A stretch of DNA of 64,000 nt from Woeseiaceae bacterium (GTDB lineage Bacteria > Pseudomonadota > Gammaproteobacteria > Steroidobacterales > Woeseiaceae). Numbering within the stretch: the stretch's first letter is position 1; every line of letters starts with the position of its first letter. Of this stretch, positions 51,345 to 61,014 are shown in pieces. The position numbers were made by a program, and so were the translations under genes. The notes beneath the pieces are model-generated. The model did no database searches. It saw nothing but the letters and a program-made list of their open reading frames with translations, and was not told the origin of the DNA. The stretch lies in assembly GCA_011772865.1 (NCBI GenBank), contig WVYQ01000036.1, forward strand, positions 27,178 through 91,177. The letters run 5' to 3'.

Positions 51345-54300
51345 GTGTCGTTCGAGCAATTCAAGACACAGGTGCTGTTACTGCATAGCGAGCAGAATAC
51401 CCTGGACAACCTGAGTTCCGGGTTCAACGATCGTTATACCGTGCACTGTGCGACCAGCGGCTCGGAAGCACTCAACACGCTCGGCGAGACCCAGATCGAT
51501 GTCATTGTTACGGCCCAGGAATTGCCGGGCATGAGCGGTCTGGAGGCGCTGCGTGAAGCCAAGAAGCGATCTCCTGACACAATCGGCATTCTGCTGGCAG
51601 GCAATTCCGGTGCCGAGGCACTGGTCGGCGACCAGGAAGTGTTCGAAATCGTTCGCGGCTCGGTTACCCCGGAGTCGCTCAAGACCCTTATCGACAACGC
51701 CACACGACAGGCCCGCCTGATCGCGCTTGCCGAATCGGCAAATGATACGACGGCCAACCCGGATATGACGGCCGAGCACATCGTCATGGAAACCTCGGAG
51801 AATGGCTCGACGATCATCTCCGATGGCACGGGACGCATGCCGGCCCTCGACCCTGAAAAGATTTCTGCGGCGGCCGATGTAAGCGCCCAATCGGTAGACG
51901 TACTTGTTCTTACCCATGACGACGAATTCCTGGCGACCGTAAAGGAATCAGCACGCGGTTTGCACAACGTGATCTACGCGAACACGGTTTCGCAAGCCGA
52001 TGAGGCGATCAAGAAGCACAAGATCGGTGTCGCCGTTGTCGACGCTGCGATGGTCGGCACCAATGTCGAAAAGCTGACGCTGCATTTGCGGTCACAGTCG
52101 CCCAGGCTGGTGGCGATCGTTGCAGGACGCCGTGACGACGGCGAGATGTTGATGGACCTGATCAACCGCGGCCGCGTGTACCGCTTCCTGCTCAAGCCAG
52201 TGTCGCCAGGACGCTCCCGCCTGGCCATCGAAGCCTCGGTCAAACATCACCTCGAAGCTCCGGACTCTGCATTCAAAGTCAGCGGCCAGGCGGCGCCTGC
52301 GCCTAAGCCGGAGCCAAAGCCGGCTGCCAAGGCGCCGAAGCCGGAACCGAAACCGGCCGCCAAGGCGCCGAAGCCGGAACCGAAACCGGCTGCCAAGGCC
52401 GAGCCGCAGCCTGCCCCGAAACAGAAAACAGCGCCGCCGGCCAAGAAGGCACCGGCAGCCAAACCCGCGCAGTCGCCGAAGCCTGCGGCCAAGCCGGCGA
52501 AGAAACCCGAGTCGGCTGCCGCCATCGTGCCCAAGCGCGACGAGGCATTGTCCCCGATCGAAGCAGGACTCGGCGACGCATTCGGCGGCAGCGATTCCGG
52601 CTTTACCGAGACAATGACGGGCATCGTCGATACTGTCGCCAAGTCGATCCAACCCAAGAACACAGAAAAGAAAGCAGCGAAAGCGCCGGTCAGTGCATCG
52701 GCCATGGACATCGAACATCCGGCCACAGCCTCGGGCGGTTCTTTCCTGGCCGATCCCAAGATACTCGGCACCGGCGCAACCTTGCTGGTTGCCGTCGCTG
52801 CGCTCGGTTTCTGGATGTTTGGCGGGTCAGACGAAACCGGCGTCGGTACGGCCAGTCCTGAAGCGGCTACCGAAGCGCCGCGTGAAGATCCGCCAAGCGA
52901 ATCCGTACTGGCAACCGAGGTTGTGGTGCCGGAGGAACTCGGCATCGACGACCTGATTGACGAGGCGCGTCTGGCCGCGAACGCCGGTCAAGTCTATGCC
53001 CCGGAAGGTAACAACGCCATCGAATTGTACCTGGAGGCGCTTGACGTAGCGCCGGGTGACCCGGTTGCGCAGATGGGTCTCGACGAAGCGATCGAGAAGG
53101 CGCTCGGAATGGCTGAATCCGCACTGCTCGAACGTCGAGCCGACGACGCTATGGCCGCACTGCAGGGCGTCGAGCTCGGTGACCCCGGCAACGCACGGCT
53201 GCCTTTCTTGCGGGCGCAGCTGACGCAGATGCAGCTGCGTGACAATCTCGACAGTGCGCGTGCCGCAATTCGAGAGGCGCGTTTCGAGGACGCGCAAGCC
53301 GCGCTCAATGCTGCGAATCGGCTCAACGTTGACGACAAGACCGAGATCATTGCTGTTTCCGACGAACTGAACTCGGCCCTGAGTGATCAGCGCACCGATG
53401 AAGTCCTCGCCCAGGCCAACGCACGCCTTGACGAAGGCAAGCTGACCGCACCTGCCAATGACAACGCGCGTTATTATTTTGAACTCGCCCTGGCAAATGA
53501 TCCCGGCAACACCACAGCCCACCAGGGTCTTGCGGTTATCGCCAGCAGGCTTGTGCTTCAGGCGCGGGGCCAGCTCGATCGGGGTAATCTGGACGCGGCT
53601 GACGAACTGCTGGCTGACGCGAGACGTCTCGATCCCTCAAGCAGCGAAGTCACAGCAACGACGGCAGCCGTTCAGAACGCTCGCGACCTGCGCGAGCAGG
53701 AAATTCGTGCAGCCGCCGAAAAAGCGGCTCGTGATCGTGAAGCGGCAAATCGAGCGGCTGCGGAACGGGCGGCAGCGGAACAGGCGGCTGCCGAAAAAGC
53801 CGAGGCCGAGCGAGTTGCCGCTGTCCAGGCAGCTGCCGAGCGCGCTGCGGTTGAACGAGCGGCGGCCGAAAAGAGGACGGCTCAACTTGCCTCGGCACAA
53901 CGCACGGGTGGAAGCACATCGGCTTCGACGCCCGTCGCCGCAGCCGCCAAAATCGCCGAACCTCCGGCACAGCCACCGGTCACCAAAGAACCAGTCGCCC
54001 AGGAATCTGCCGCCAGTGCGCCGGACTTCACCCAGCCAACTGCAGTGGTTGCCGGTTCCGGTGACGCCGTTGAGACGGCAACGCAGGCTGACGTCGCAGA
54101 ACCACCGCAGCAGGCCACTACATCGGCAGCGGCTTCCAAACCGGTCGCGGTCAGCGCTCTGCAGCGTACGAAGTACGTTGCGCCGAAATACCCGCGCGCA
54201 GCACAGCGGCGTGGCGTTTCGGGCTGGGTCGACGTCATATTCACCGTCGATATTGACGGCAGTGTCACCGACATCGCTATTCGCGATTCGAACCCGGGCG

Positions 54301-54419
54301 ATACCTTCGTCAATGCTGCCACCAATGCTGTCGACAAATGGGAGTTCGAGCCAGTCATAGAAAACGGCGTGGCCATCCAGAAACGAGCCGCCGTCCGGAT
54401 GATGTTCGCGATCGACTAA
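51345..54419 (+). CDS. Multidomain protein: pseudo-receiver + receiver-like domain, Pro/Lys repeat, single TM, periplasmic helical repeats, coiled coil, TonB C-terminal domain
   Basis: 1024 aa, GTG start after GGGAGA. REC-like 1 spans aa 9-118, with Ala57 where the acceptor Asp should be (IDVIVTAQELPGMSG). REC-like 2 spans aa 184-300 and keeps VVDAAM and LLKPVS. TM is at aa 473-493. The TonB_C core is YVAPKYPRAAQRRGVSGWVDVIFTVDIDGSVTDIAI...WEFEP (aa about 941-1024). Confidence 0.8.
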   Translation: MSFEQFKTQVLLLHSEQNTLDNLSSGFNDRYTVHCATSGSEALNTLGETQIDVIVTAQELPGMSGLEALREAKKRSPDTIGILLAGNSGAEALVGDQEVFEIVRGSVTPESLKTLIDNATRQARLIALAESANDTTANPDMTAEHIVMETSENGSTIISDGTGRMPALDPEKISAAADVSAQSVDVLVLTHDDEFLATVKESARGLHNVIYANTVSQADEAIKKHKIGVAVVDAAMVGTNVEKLTLHLRSQSPRLVAIVAGRRDDGEMLMDLINRGRVYRFLLKPVSPGRSRLAIEASVKHHLEAPDSAFKVSGQAAPAPKPEPKPAAKAPKPEPKPAAKAPKPEPKPAAKAEPQPAPKQKTAPPAKKAPAAKPAQSPKPAAKPAKKPESAAAIVPKRDEALSPIEAGLGDAFGGSDSGFTETMTGIVDTVAKSIQPKNTEKKAAKAPVSASAMDIEHPATASGGSFLADPKILGTGATLLVAVAALGFWMFGGSDETGVGTASPEAATEAPREDPPSESVLATEVVVPEELGIDDLIDEARLAANAGQVYAPEGNNAIELYLEALDVAPGDPVAQMGLDEAIEKALGMAESALLERRADDAMAALQGVELGDPGNARLPFLRAQLTQMQLRDNLDSARAAIREARFEDAQAALNAANRLNVDDKTEIIAVSDELNSALSDQRTDEVLAQANARLDEGKLTAPANDNARYYFELALANDPGNTTAHQGLAVIASRLVLQARGQLDRGNLDAADELLADARRLDPSSSEVTATTAAVQNARDLREQEIRAAAEKAARDREAANRAAAERAAAEQAAAEKAEAERVAAVQAAAERAAVERAAAEKRTAQLASAQRTGGSTSASTPVAAAAKIAEPPAQPPVTKEPVAQESAASAPDFTQPTAVVAGSGDAVETATQADVAEPPQQATTSAAASKPVAVSALQRTKYVAPKYPRAAQRRGVSGWVDVIFTVDIDGSVTDIAIRDSNPGDTFVNAATNAVDKWEFEPVIENGVAIQKRAAVRMMFAID
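52299..52397 (+). repeat. 3 x 33-bp tandem repeat inside the CDS (encodes APKPEPKPAAK x3)
   Basis: Units at 52299-52331, 52332-52364 and 52365-52397. The last two differ at one base; the first differs at a few synonymous positions. Confidence 0.9.
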
Positions 54420-54523
54420 TCGGCTACGAGGTACCGATCGGCCAAACATTATTTCCAAATTGGACTATATCTGCCGATCCAGATAGCCTTGAGAGCTTCG
54501 GAGTCTCGATAGGGGAGCGATTC

Positions 54524-55189
54524 TTGGACACCCAGACAGCCGTCGACCTTGAAAAACCTGAGCGAAAACAACAACAAAGAAGCATTGTTACACAGCAAAA
54601 ACTGCTTGACGCTGCCATCGAGGCCTTCTCCGAGAACGGCTTCAAGGGAACCTCTACGCGCGACATTGCGGACCGCGCCGGCGTGCATCACCCGCTGATC
54701 ACCTACCATTTCAAGAACAAGGATCAGCTCTGGCGTACGGCCACCGACCGGATATTTCGCGAATTCAACATCTCACTCGTCAAAGCCATGGCGGAGATAC
54801 CGGATGTTGAACCCAAAGCCAAGGCCGAGGCTTTCGTCCGCACCTACCTGCGCTACTCACGGAGCCAACCCGCGCTGCATCGCATCATTCTTCAGGAGGC
54901 CACCTACCCGAGCGAAAGGCTCGACTGGCTCGTTCAGAATCACCTTCGGCCATTGTTCGACGAAGTTCACAAGTCGCTGATCAACCTTCAGGAAATGGGC
55001 GTCGCCGTGCAGGGCAGCCCGGCCCTGCTGTTCAACATGATTCGCGTCTGCGCAGGTGGACTGGTCGCTCTCAAGCTCGAGCTGCAGCACACGAGCGATA
55101 TCGACCTGGACAGCGACGCGCAAATCTCGGAACTCGCAGACATGATTATTCGGGTCTTCTTCCCGGGCGACCAGCCGCAACCCGGCTAG
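54524..55189 (+). CDS. TetR/AcrR-family transcriptional regulator
   Basis: Start proposed at TTG 54524, preceded by aggggag. HTH LLDAAIEAFSENGFKGTSTRDIADRAGVHHPLITYHFKNKDQLW. The track start 54338 lies inside the upstream gene. Confidence 0.8.
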   Translation: MDTQTAVDLEKPERKQQQRSIVTQQKLLDAAIEAFSENGFKGTSTRDIADRAGVHHPLITYHFKNKDQLWRTATDRIFREFNISLVKAMAEIPDVEPKAKAEAFVRTYLRYSRSQPALHRIILQEATYPSERLDWLVQNHLRPLFDEVHKSLINLQEMGVAVQGSPALLFNMIRVCAGGLVALKLELQHTSDIDLDSDAQISELADMIIRVFFPGDQPQPG

Positions 55190-56085
55190 CGTCGGGCAAG
55201 GACCTGTTGAACTTCTGCAATTATTGACAGCGCGATCGGCGCAGGTCCCCTGCCGCCGATGTCCAGGCCTGCCGGCCCGTGCAACCTGTTGGTCAGTTGC
55301 GCCGCGGCATCTCCGAGTTCGTCGAGCAGTCTCACTCGCCGCTGCGCCGGCCCGAGCAGGCCGATGTACCCGATGCGGGAGGTAGCCAGCTGCGCCAGGT
55401 AGGTGCGGTCGCTCTTGAGGTGATGGCTCATGACCACGGCCGCGTCGAAGCGATCGAGTTCCAGCGATCCGGCAAGCTCATCGGCCGGAGAACAGTGCGT
55501 GGCGACTGCGCCCGCAAAGTCTCCGCCGTCGATGTACGCCGGTCGATGATCGTAAACCGTGCAACGCCAGCCCAGTTCCACGGCGAAACGCACGACAGGC
55601 TCGGCGTCGAGCCCTGCACCCAGTACGAGAATTCGCGGTGGTGGCTCGACGTCGATGGTGACTTCGTCGATGCCGTCAGTGCCGACTGGAATGGAAACCT
55701 GCGCGGCGTCATCGCCGCGCCAGATCGCGGCAACCCTGTCGAACGGGGCGTATTCATCTTCGCGCCGAATTGCTTGCAGCACCATTCGCATGAGACCGTC
55801 GCAACCCGCGCCCATTCCCCAGATTTCGTCGTCGTCCTGGCCGAGGTCATACGTCACAACCTGTGGCTTGCCGCTCTCGAGAACCTGCTGCGCCCGTACG
55901 GCAAGGTCGCCCTCGAGGCAACCGCCGGACAGCATCCCACGAAAGACGCCATTCGAGTCGACGAGCATCTGGGCTCCGACCTTGCTATAGGTAGACCCCT
56001 CGGTTCCGACGACCGTCACCAGCACGAGTGATTCCCCGCGTTCCCTGCGCGTATCAAAAAACTCCAGCAACTTCGTCGGATTCAT
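55186..56085 (-). CDS. xdhC: XdhC/CoxI-family molybdoenzyme maturation (accessory) protein
   Basis: 299 aa. N-terminal LVLVTVVGTEGSTYSKVGAQMLV motif and a C-terminal Rossmann-like domain (ILVLGAG). Confidence 0.75.
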   Translation of the reverse strand: MNPTKLLEFFDTRRERGESLVLVTVVGTEGSTYSKVGAQMLVDSNGVFRGMLSGGCLEGDLAVRAQQVLESGKPQVVTYDLGQDDDEIWGMGAGCDGLMRMVLQAIRREDEYAPFDRVAAIWRGDDAAQVSIPVGTDGIDEVTIDVEPPPRILVLGAGLDAEPVVRFAVELGWRCTVYDHRPAYIDGGDFAGAVATHCSPADELAGSLELDRFDAAVVMSHHLKSDRTYLAQLATSRIGYIGLLGPAQRRVRLLDELGDAAAQLTNRLHGPAGLDIGGRGPAPIALSIIAEVQQVLARR

Positions 56086-56204
56086 AATTCGCGTTTATAT
56101 CCGTATATCGAATTGATCTGACAGATCCTGCATCGGCGCGGGTCCGTACCTTGAAACTCGAGATTGACGACCCAAATCGTCCGTCTGGGACAAGGAGACC
56201 GATT

Positions 56205-56540
56205 ATGAACCAAACAGCGACACATCCGATAGCCGTGACCGAGAGCCAGTTCGAGCAGGAAGTTCTGAATTCCGATACGCCCGTGCTCGTCGACTTCTGG
56301 GCCGAGTGGTGTGGCCCGTGTCGTGCGCTTGCCCCGATCATGGAGTCCCTCTCCGAGGACTACAGCGGTCGCGCAAAAATCGTCAAGCTGGATGTCGATT
56401 CGAATCAGCAGATCGCGCTGAAGTACGGCATCCGGTCGATCCCGACCGTAATGCTGTTCGACAAGGGCCGGGTCGTCGACGCGATGATCGGAGTGCGTCC
56501 GAAGGCTGCCTACATCGAGAGCCTGGACAAGGTCATCTGA
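56205..56540 (+). CDS. trxA: Thioredoxin
   Basis: Start at ATG 56205 after GGAGA. WAEWCGPC active site. 111 aa. Confidence 0.93.
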   Translation: MNQTATHPIAVTESQFEQEVLNSDTPVLVDFWAEWCGPCRALAPIMESLSEDYSGRAKIVKLDVDSNQQIALKYGIRSIPTVMLFDKGRVVDAMIGVRPKAAYIESLDKVI

Positions 56541-56547
56541 CTGCGGA

Positions 56548-57501
56548 TCAGGCGCCCGGGCGGCACGCGTACAGGTAAAGCATTTCCATCGCCAGTGACG
56601 TCGCCGCCAGGGCCGTTATCTCGCCGACGTCATAGCTCGGCGCGACTTCAACCACATCCATGCCGACGACGTTCGTCCCTGCCAGCCCACGCAGAATCTC
56701 GAGAGCCTGGTGACTGGTCAGGCCGCCGCAAACGGGTGTGCCCGTTCCCGGTGCGCAGCTAGGATCGAGGCAGTCGATATCGAAGGTCAGGTAGGCGGGG
56801 CGATCACCCACCACGGTCCTGGTCTTGTCGATGACGGCAGCAATGCCATTCTGATGCACCCATGGAGCATCGAGGACGCTGAAGCCGAGGGTGTCGTGAT
56901 TTGTCGTCCTGAGGCCGATCTGTACAGATGTAGTCGGGTCTACCAGTCCCTGTTTCGCCGCGTGAAAAAACATCGTGCCATGATCGATACGGTCGTCCTC
57001 ATCCGCCCACGTGTCGCTGTGCGCATCGAAATGAATCAGTGACAGCGGCGCCCCGTGCTTTTTCGCGTGCGCTTTCAGCAGCGGAAAGGAAACGAAATGA
57101 TCGCCGCCCAGCGATAACAATGCAGGACCCTGGCCGATGATCTCGCTCGCATGTTGTTCGATCGCGTCCGGCACCTGGTCGGGTCGCCCAAAGTCGAAGA
57201 AGCAGTCGCCGTAGTCCACGACGGCGAGCTTCTCGAAGGGGTCGAACGGCATCCCGTAGGGCCGTTCCCAGGCCAGCATCGAAGATGCCGCCCGAATTGC
57301 CCGAGGTCCCAGCCGCGCACCCGGTCGATTCGTCGTGGCCGTATCCAGCGGTATACCGGTTACCACAACATCAACACCCGTGAGATCACGCGTGTACTTG
57401 CGGCGCATGAAGGACAAGGCGCCCGCATACGTCGGCTCAGGCGTCGTACCGTACAGATCCTCCCGGAGTATTGCGTGGTCGCCGCCGCGCTTTTTTGTCA
57501 C
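56548..57501 (-). CDS. Ureohydrolase (agmatinase / guanidinobutyrase / guanidinopropionase family)
   Basis: Start proposed at GTG 57501, which overlaps the upstream TGA as GTGA and has AGGAGG 5 nt upstream. Mn-site motifs GGDH, FDAHSDTW and DIDCLDP. Confidence 0.85.
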   Translation of the reverse strand: MTKKRGGDHAILREDLYGTTPEPTYAGALSFMRRKYTRDLTGVDVVVTGIPLDTATTNRPGARLGPRAIRAASSMLAWERPYGMPFDPFEKLAVVDYGDCFFDFGRPDQVPDAIEQHASEIIGQGPALLSLGGDHFVSFPLLKAHAKKHGAPLSLIHFDAHSDTWADEDDRIDHGTMFFHAAKQGLVDPTTSVQIGLRTTNHDTLGFSVLDAPWVHQNGIAAVIDKTRTVVGDRPAYLTFDIDCLDPSCAPGTGTPVCGGLTSHQALEILRGLAGTNVVGMDVVEVAPSYDVGEITALAATSLAMEMLYLYACRPGA

Positions 57502-58904
57502 GGATCCTCCTGAAGTCCTGCCGTCACTTCCTGTGTCAGGTCGAGACACTTCCAGGTTTTTTCGAGGAGTTCGTCTGCCTCCTCGTGCGACAGGGTCAAC
57601 GGCGGTGCGCAGACGATCGTATCGCCGACCGCGCGCATCACGAGACCGTTGTCGACCAGCAAATCGCGGCAGATCGTGCCAACACCCTGCTTCTCTTCGA
57701 ATCGCTCGAGCGTCTCCTTCGACCTGACGAGTTCGAAGGCGCCGACCAGCCCGACCATGCGAGTCTCTCCGACCAGCGGGTGCTCGGCGAGCTTCGCCCA
57801 GCCCTGCTGCAGATAAGGGCCGATATCGGACTTCACCCGATCGACGAGGTTCTCGCGCTTGATGATGTTGATGTTGGCCATCGCCACGGCACAGGCTGCC
57901 GGGTGACCCGAATACGTGTAACCGTGGAAGAATTCACCGCCTTTGTCGATCAGGACGTCGGCGACGCGGTCCGCGACCATAACACCGCCAAGTGGCAGGT
58001 AGCCGGAGGTCACACCCTTCGCGAACGGCATGAAATCGGGCTTCGTGCCATAGAAGTCGGCGCCGAACCACTCGCCCAGGCGGCCAAAGCCGCAGATGAC
58101 CTCGTCAGAGATCAGCAGGATGCCGTGTTCGTCACAGATTCGCTGTACTTCGGGCCAATACGTTTCGGGCGGAATGATGACGCCGCCAGCGCCCTGGATC
58201 GGCTCGCCGATGAACGCCGCGACCTGGTCAGCGCCGAGCTCTTTGATTTTGTCCTCGATAGACCTGGCGGCGGCTATACCGAATTCATCCGGCGACAGCG
58301 AACGGTCCGAACCAAACCAGTACGGCTGGTCGACATGGACGATGCCCGGAATCGGCATGCCGCTTTGTTGGTGCATCGGCTTCATGCCACCAAGACTCGC
58401 GGCCGCTACCGTCGAACCGTGATAGGCGTTCTTGCGACTGATGATCGTGTGACGATCGGGCTGCCCCATCAGGTCCCAGTAGCGCCGCACCATGCGCACG
58501 ATCGTATCGTTTGCCTCCGAACCGGAACCCGTAAAGAACACGTGTTTGAACTGCGGCTGGCTCAGTTCCGAGAGCATCGCTGCAAGCTCGATGGACGGCG
58601 GATGGGCGCACTGGAAAAAATTGTTGTAGTACGGCAGTTCCTTCATCTGTGCGGCTGCCGCCTCGATGATCTCGGTTCTGCCGTAACCGACATTGACACA
58701 CCACAGCCCGGACATACCGTCGAGAATCTTGTTGCCGTCGGCATCGTAGATATAAACGCCATCCGCGCGCGTGATGATGCGTGATTTCTTCTTGTGCAGC
58801 GCCTTGTGGTCCGTGAACGGATGCAGGTGATGCTCCTTGTCGAGCTCCTGCCAATCCGATCCGCTCATCTTTTCAATAGCCGCCATGCGCGACTCCTCAG
58901 ACAT
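57498..58904 (-). CDS. Class-III (omega) aminotransferase, putrescine/beta-alanine:pyruvate type
   Basis: 468 aa. The fold-type-I class-III pattern is present (DEVICGFGRLG, the PLP-Lys region FAKGVTSGY). Confidence 0.85.
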   Translation of the reverse strand: MSEESRMAAIEKMSGSDWQELDKEHHLHPFTDHKALHKKKSRIITRADGVYIYDADGNKILDGMSGLWCVNVGYGRTEIIEAAAAQMKELPYYNNFFQCAHPPSIELAAMLSELSQPQFKHVFFTGSGSEANDTIVRMVRRYWDLMGQPDRHTIISRKNAYHGSTVAAASLGGMKPMHQQSGMPIPGIVHVDQPYWFGSDRSLSPDEFGIAAARSIEDKIKELGADQVAAFIGEPIQGAGGVIIPPETYWPEVQRICDEHGILLISDEVICGFGRLGEWFGADFYGTKPDFMPFAKGVTSGYLPLGGVMVADRVADVLIDKGGEFFHGYTYSGHPAACAVAMANINIIKRENLVDRVKSDIGPYLQQGWAKLAEHPLVGETRMVGLVGAFELVRSKETLERFEEKQGVGTICRDLLVDNGLVMRAVGDTIVCAPPLTLSHEEADELLEKTWKCLDLTQEVTAGLQEDP

Positions 58905-60228
58905 TGAACATCAGGATCTCACGCTCCCATGGCGTGATGATCTCCTGAAACTCCTTGTACTCATCATCCTTCAGGGAGCAGTACAGGTCCACGAAATTCT
59001 CGCCGAGCATGCTGCGCATTGCGTCGCTTTCACGCAGCGCGTCATTGGCAGCGTATATGTGGCGGTGTAAAGAGAAATCCTCGCCATAGGCGCTGCCCTC
59101 CACCGGATCTGACGGCTTCAGGCCCTCCATCATGCCGAGATAACCGCAGGCCAGGGTACCGGCAATCACAAGATACGGGTTTACATCCGAGCCCGCGAGC
59201 CGGTTCTCGACCCTGCGGTTTGCAGGATCGGCTTCCGGCACGCGCAGACCGACCGTACGGTTATCTATCGCCCACGAGAGATTTACGGGCGACGACCAGG
59301 GATTCAGGAAACGCCGGTAGGAATTGACGTAGGGCGCGAACATCAGCATTGCTTCGGGCATGTATCGCTGCAGCCCGCCGAGATACGAGTGAAATAGCTT
59401 GCTTGCGTCCCCGTTCTTGTCGCTGAAGATGTTCTCTCCGTCCTTGTTCACGATGCTCTGGTGAACGTGTAAGGCGCTGCCCGGTTCCGCGGCCATCGGT
59501 TTGGCGAGAAACGTCGCGTGCATTTCGTGCTCGATCGCGGCCTCGCGCACTGTGCGCTTGAACAGGAACACCTGGTCGGCCAGGTCCACCGCATTGCCGT
59601 GCAGGAAATTGATCTCGAACTGGGCCGGTCCCATCTCCTGCGACAGCGTATCGATGCGGATGCCCTGGTCCTCACAGTACTTGTACAGATCGTTGATGAA
59701 CGGCTCGAAGTCATTCATCGCGTCGACGCTATACGGCTGCCGCGCCCCCTCGGTCCAGCCGAGGCGCCCCGTCGGCGGCTCTGCCTCGACGTTTGGATCG
59801 GAGTGCGGATTTATCAGGTAGAACTCGACCTCGGGCGCCACCACGGGCACCCATCCCTGTGACTCGAACTTGCCGAGTACATTGCGCAACACGGCACGCG
59901 GCGAGGTATCGACCGGCGACCCGTCGCTGCGATAGCAGTCCAGGAATACCGATGCCGCAGGATCCGCAACCCATGGCACCGGCCGGAGTGTCTGGGGATC
60001 CGGGACCAACACCATATCGCGGTCTTCGACATTCTTTTCATTGCTGACGTAGTCCCCGGAAATGGTCTGCGCGAAAATTGCCTCCGGCATTTTGATCTTG
60101 CCCGCACCGAACTTGTCTGCGGGAATCACTTTGCCTCGGGCAGAACCTGCCATGTCCGGGACAAACGCCTCGACATCCTCGATCTCTCTCTCGGTCAGCC
60201 ACGCCTGGAATACATCGTTTTGAGTCAC
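58897..60228 (-). CDS. Glutamine-synthetase-family gamma-glutamyl-polyamine synthetase (PuuA/SpuB-like)
   Basis: Start proposed at GTG 60228, 1 nt after the puuD TAA. GS catalytic-domain motifs (EMGPAQFEIN, GSALHVHQS, NSYRR). Confidence 0.82.
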   Translation of the reverse strand: MTQNDVFQAWLTEREIEDVEAFVPDMAGSARGKVIPADKFGAGKIKMPEAIFAQTISGDYVSNEKNVEDRDMVLVPDPQTLRPVPWVADPAASVFLDCYRSDGSPVDTSPRAVLRNVLGKFESQGWVPVVAPEVEFYLINPHSDPNVEAEPPTGRLGWTEGARQPYSVDAMNDFEPFINDLYKYCEDQGIRIDTLSQEMGPAQFEINFLHGNAVDLADQVFLFKRTVREAAIEHEMHATFLAKPMAAEPGSALHVHQSIVNKDGENIFSDKNGDASKLFHSYLGGLQRYMPEAMLMFAPYVNSYRRFLNPWSSPVNLSWAIDNRTVGLRVPEADPANRRVENRLAGSDVNPYLVIAGTLACGYLGMMEGLKPSDPVEGSAYGEDFSLHRHIYAANDALRESDAMRSMLGENFVDLYCSLKDDEYKEFQEIITPWEREILMFNV

Positions 60229-60229
60229 G

Positions 60230-60988
60230 TTACACCTGTCGCTGGCCCGCGTACTCCCGGCACGCGGCGCCGAACGCCTTGAACATTGCAAGTGACAACT
60301 CGTTTTCTGTCACTTTCCATTCCGGATGCCATTGCACGCCGAGCGCAAATCCGGGTACGCCATTGACCGTGAACGCCTCGATCAGTCCATCGTCGGCAAT
60401 GGCCTCGACTGTCACACCATCGGGCAACTTCGCGACTCCTTGCGAGTGCAGCGAATTGACGCTCACCCGGGTGTCGCCGGCCATTTCGTGTAGCACACCA
60501 CCCTCCACGAGGTTTACCGGGTGGGAGGGGCCATACATCACATCGATCGGATCATCCTTGTCTTCACGATGATCGTGGTAACCCGGAACCTCGTGCACCT
60601 TCTGGTGCAACGTGCCGCCGAGCGCCACAACGAGTTCCTGGAAACCGCGGCAGACGGCCATCAGCGGCACCCCGGCCTCGAGCACGCGCTTCGTCAGCGG
60701 CAGCGTCGTGGCGTCCCGATGCGGATCATGCAGAGTGCCGGGTTCGCTGGGTTCGCCCGCGTAACGGTGCGGCTCCACGTTGGACAGGCTGCCGGTCAGG
60801 AATACGCCGTCGACCTGGGCCAGGACATCATCGATGTCGAAATGCTCGGCCATCACCGGGATGATCAATGGCAGTGCGTCGGCGCCATCGATCAACGCCT
60901 GCAGGTACTTCTCACCGACAACGTGAAAGGGGTGGATATCTATCTGTTTGCGGCAGGCGGGAACGCCGATAACGGGCTTGGTACTCAT
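60230..60988 (-). CDS. puuD: Gamma-glutamyl-gamma-aminobutyrate hydrolase (class-I GATase, peptidase C26)
   Basis: 252 aa. Nucleophile elbow AVCRGFQ, plus the His/Glu region VQWHPE. Confidence 0.85.
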   Translation of the reverse strand: MSTKPVIGVPACRKQIDIHPFHVVGEKYLQALIDGADALPLIIPVMAEHFDIDDVLAQVDGVFLTGSLSNVEPHRYAGEPSEPGTLHDPHRDATTLPLTKRVLEAGVPLMAVCRGFQELVVALGGTLHQKVHEVPGYHDHREDKDDPIDVMYGPSHPVNLVEGGVLHEMAGDTRVSVNSLHSQGVAKLPDGVTVEAIADDGLIEAFTVNGVPGFALGVQWHPEWKVTENELSLAMFKAFGAACREYAGQRQV

Positions 60989-61014
60989 ACAGAGAACCTG
61001 TAATCAGGATGCGG

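Noticed and set aside
54338-54523. A TetR regulator starting at 54338, inside the TonB-C coding region.
   Set aside because: That start would overlap the upstream gene by 82 nt and add a non-TetR leader. TTG 54524 has a good aggggag ribosome-binding site and gives a normal-length TetR.
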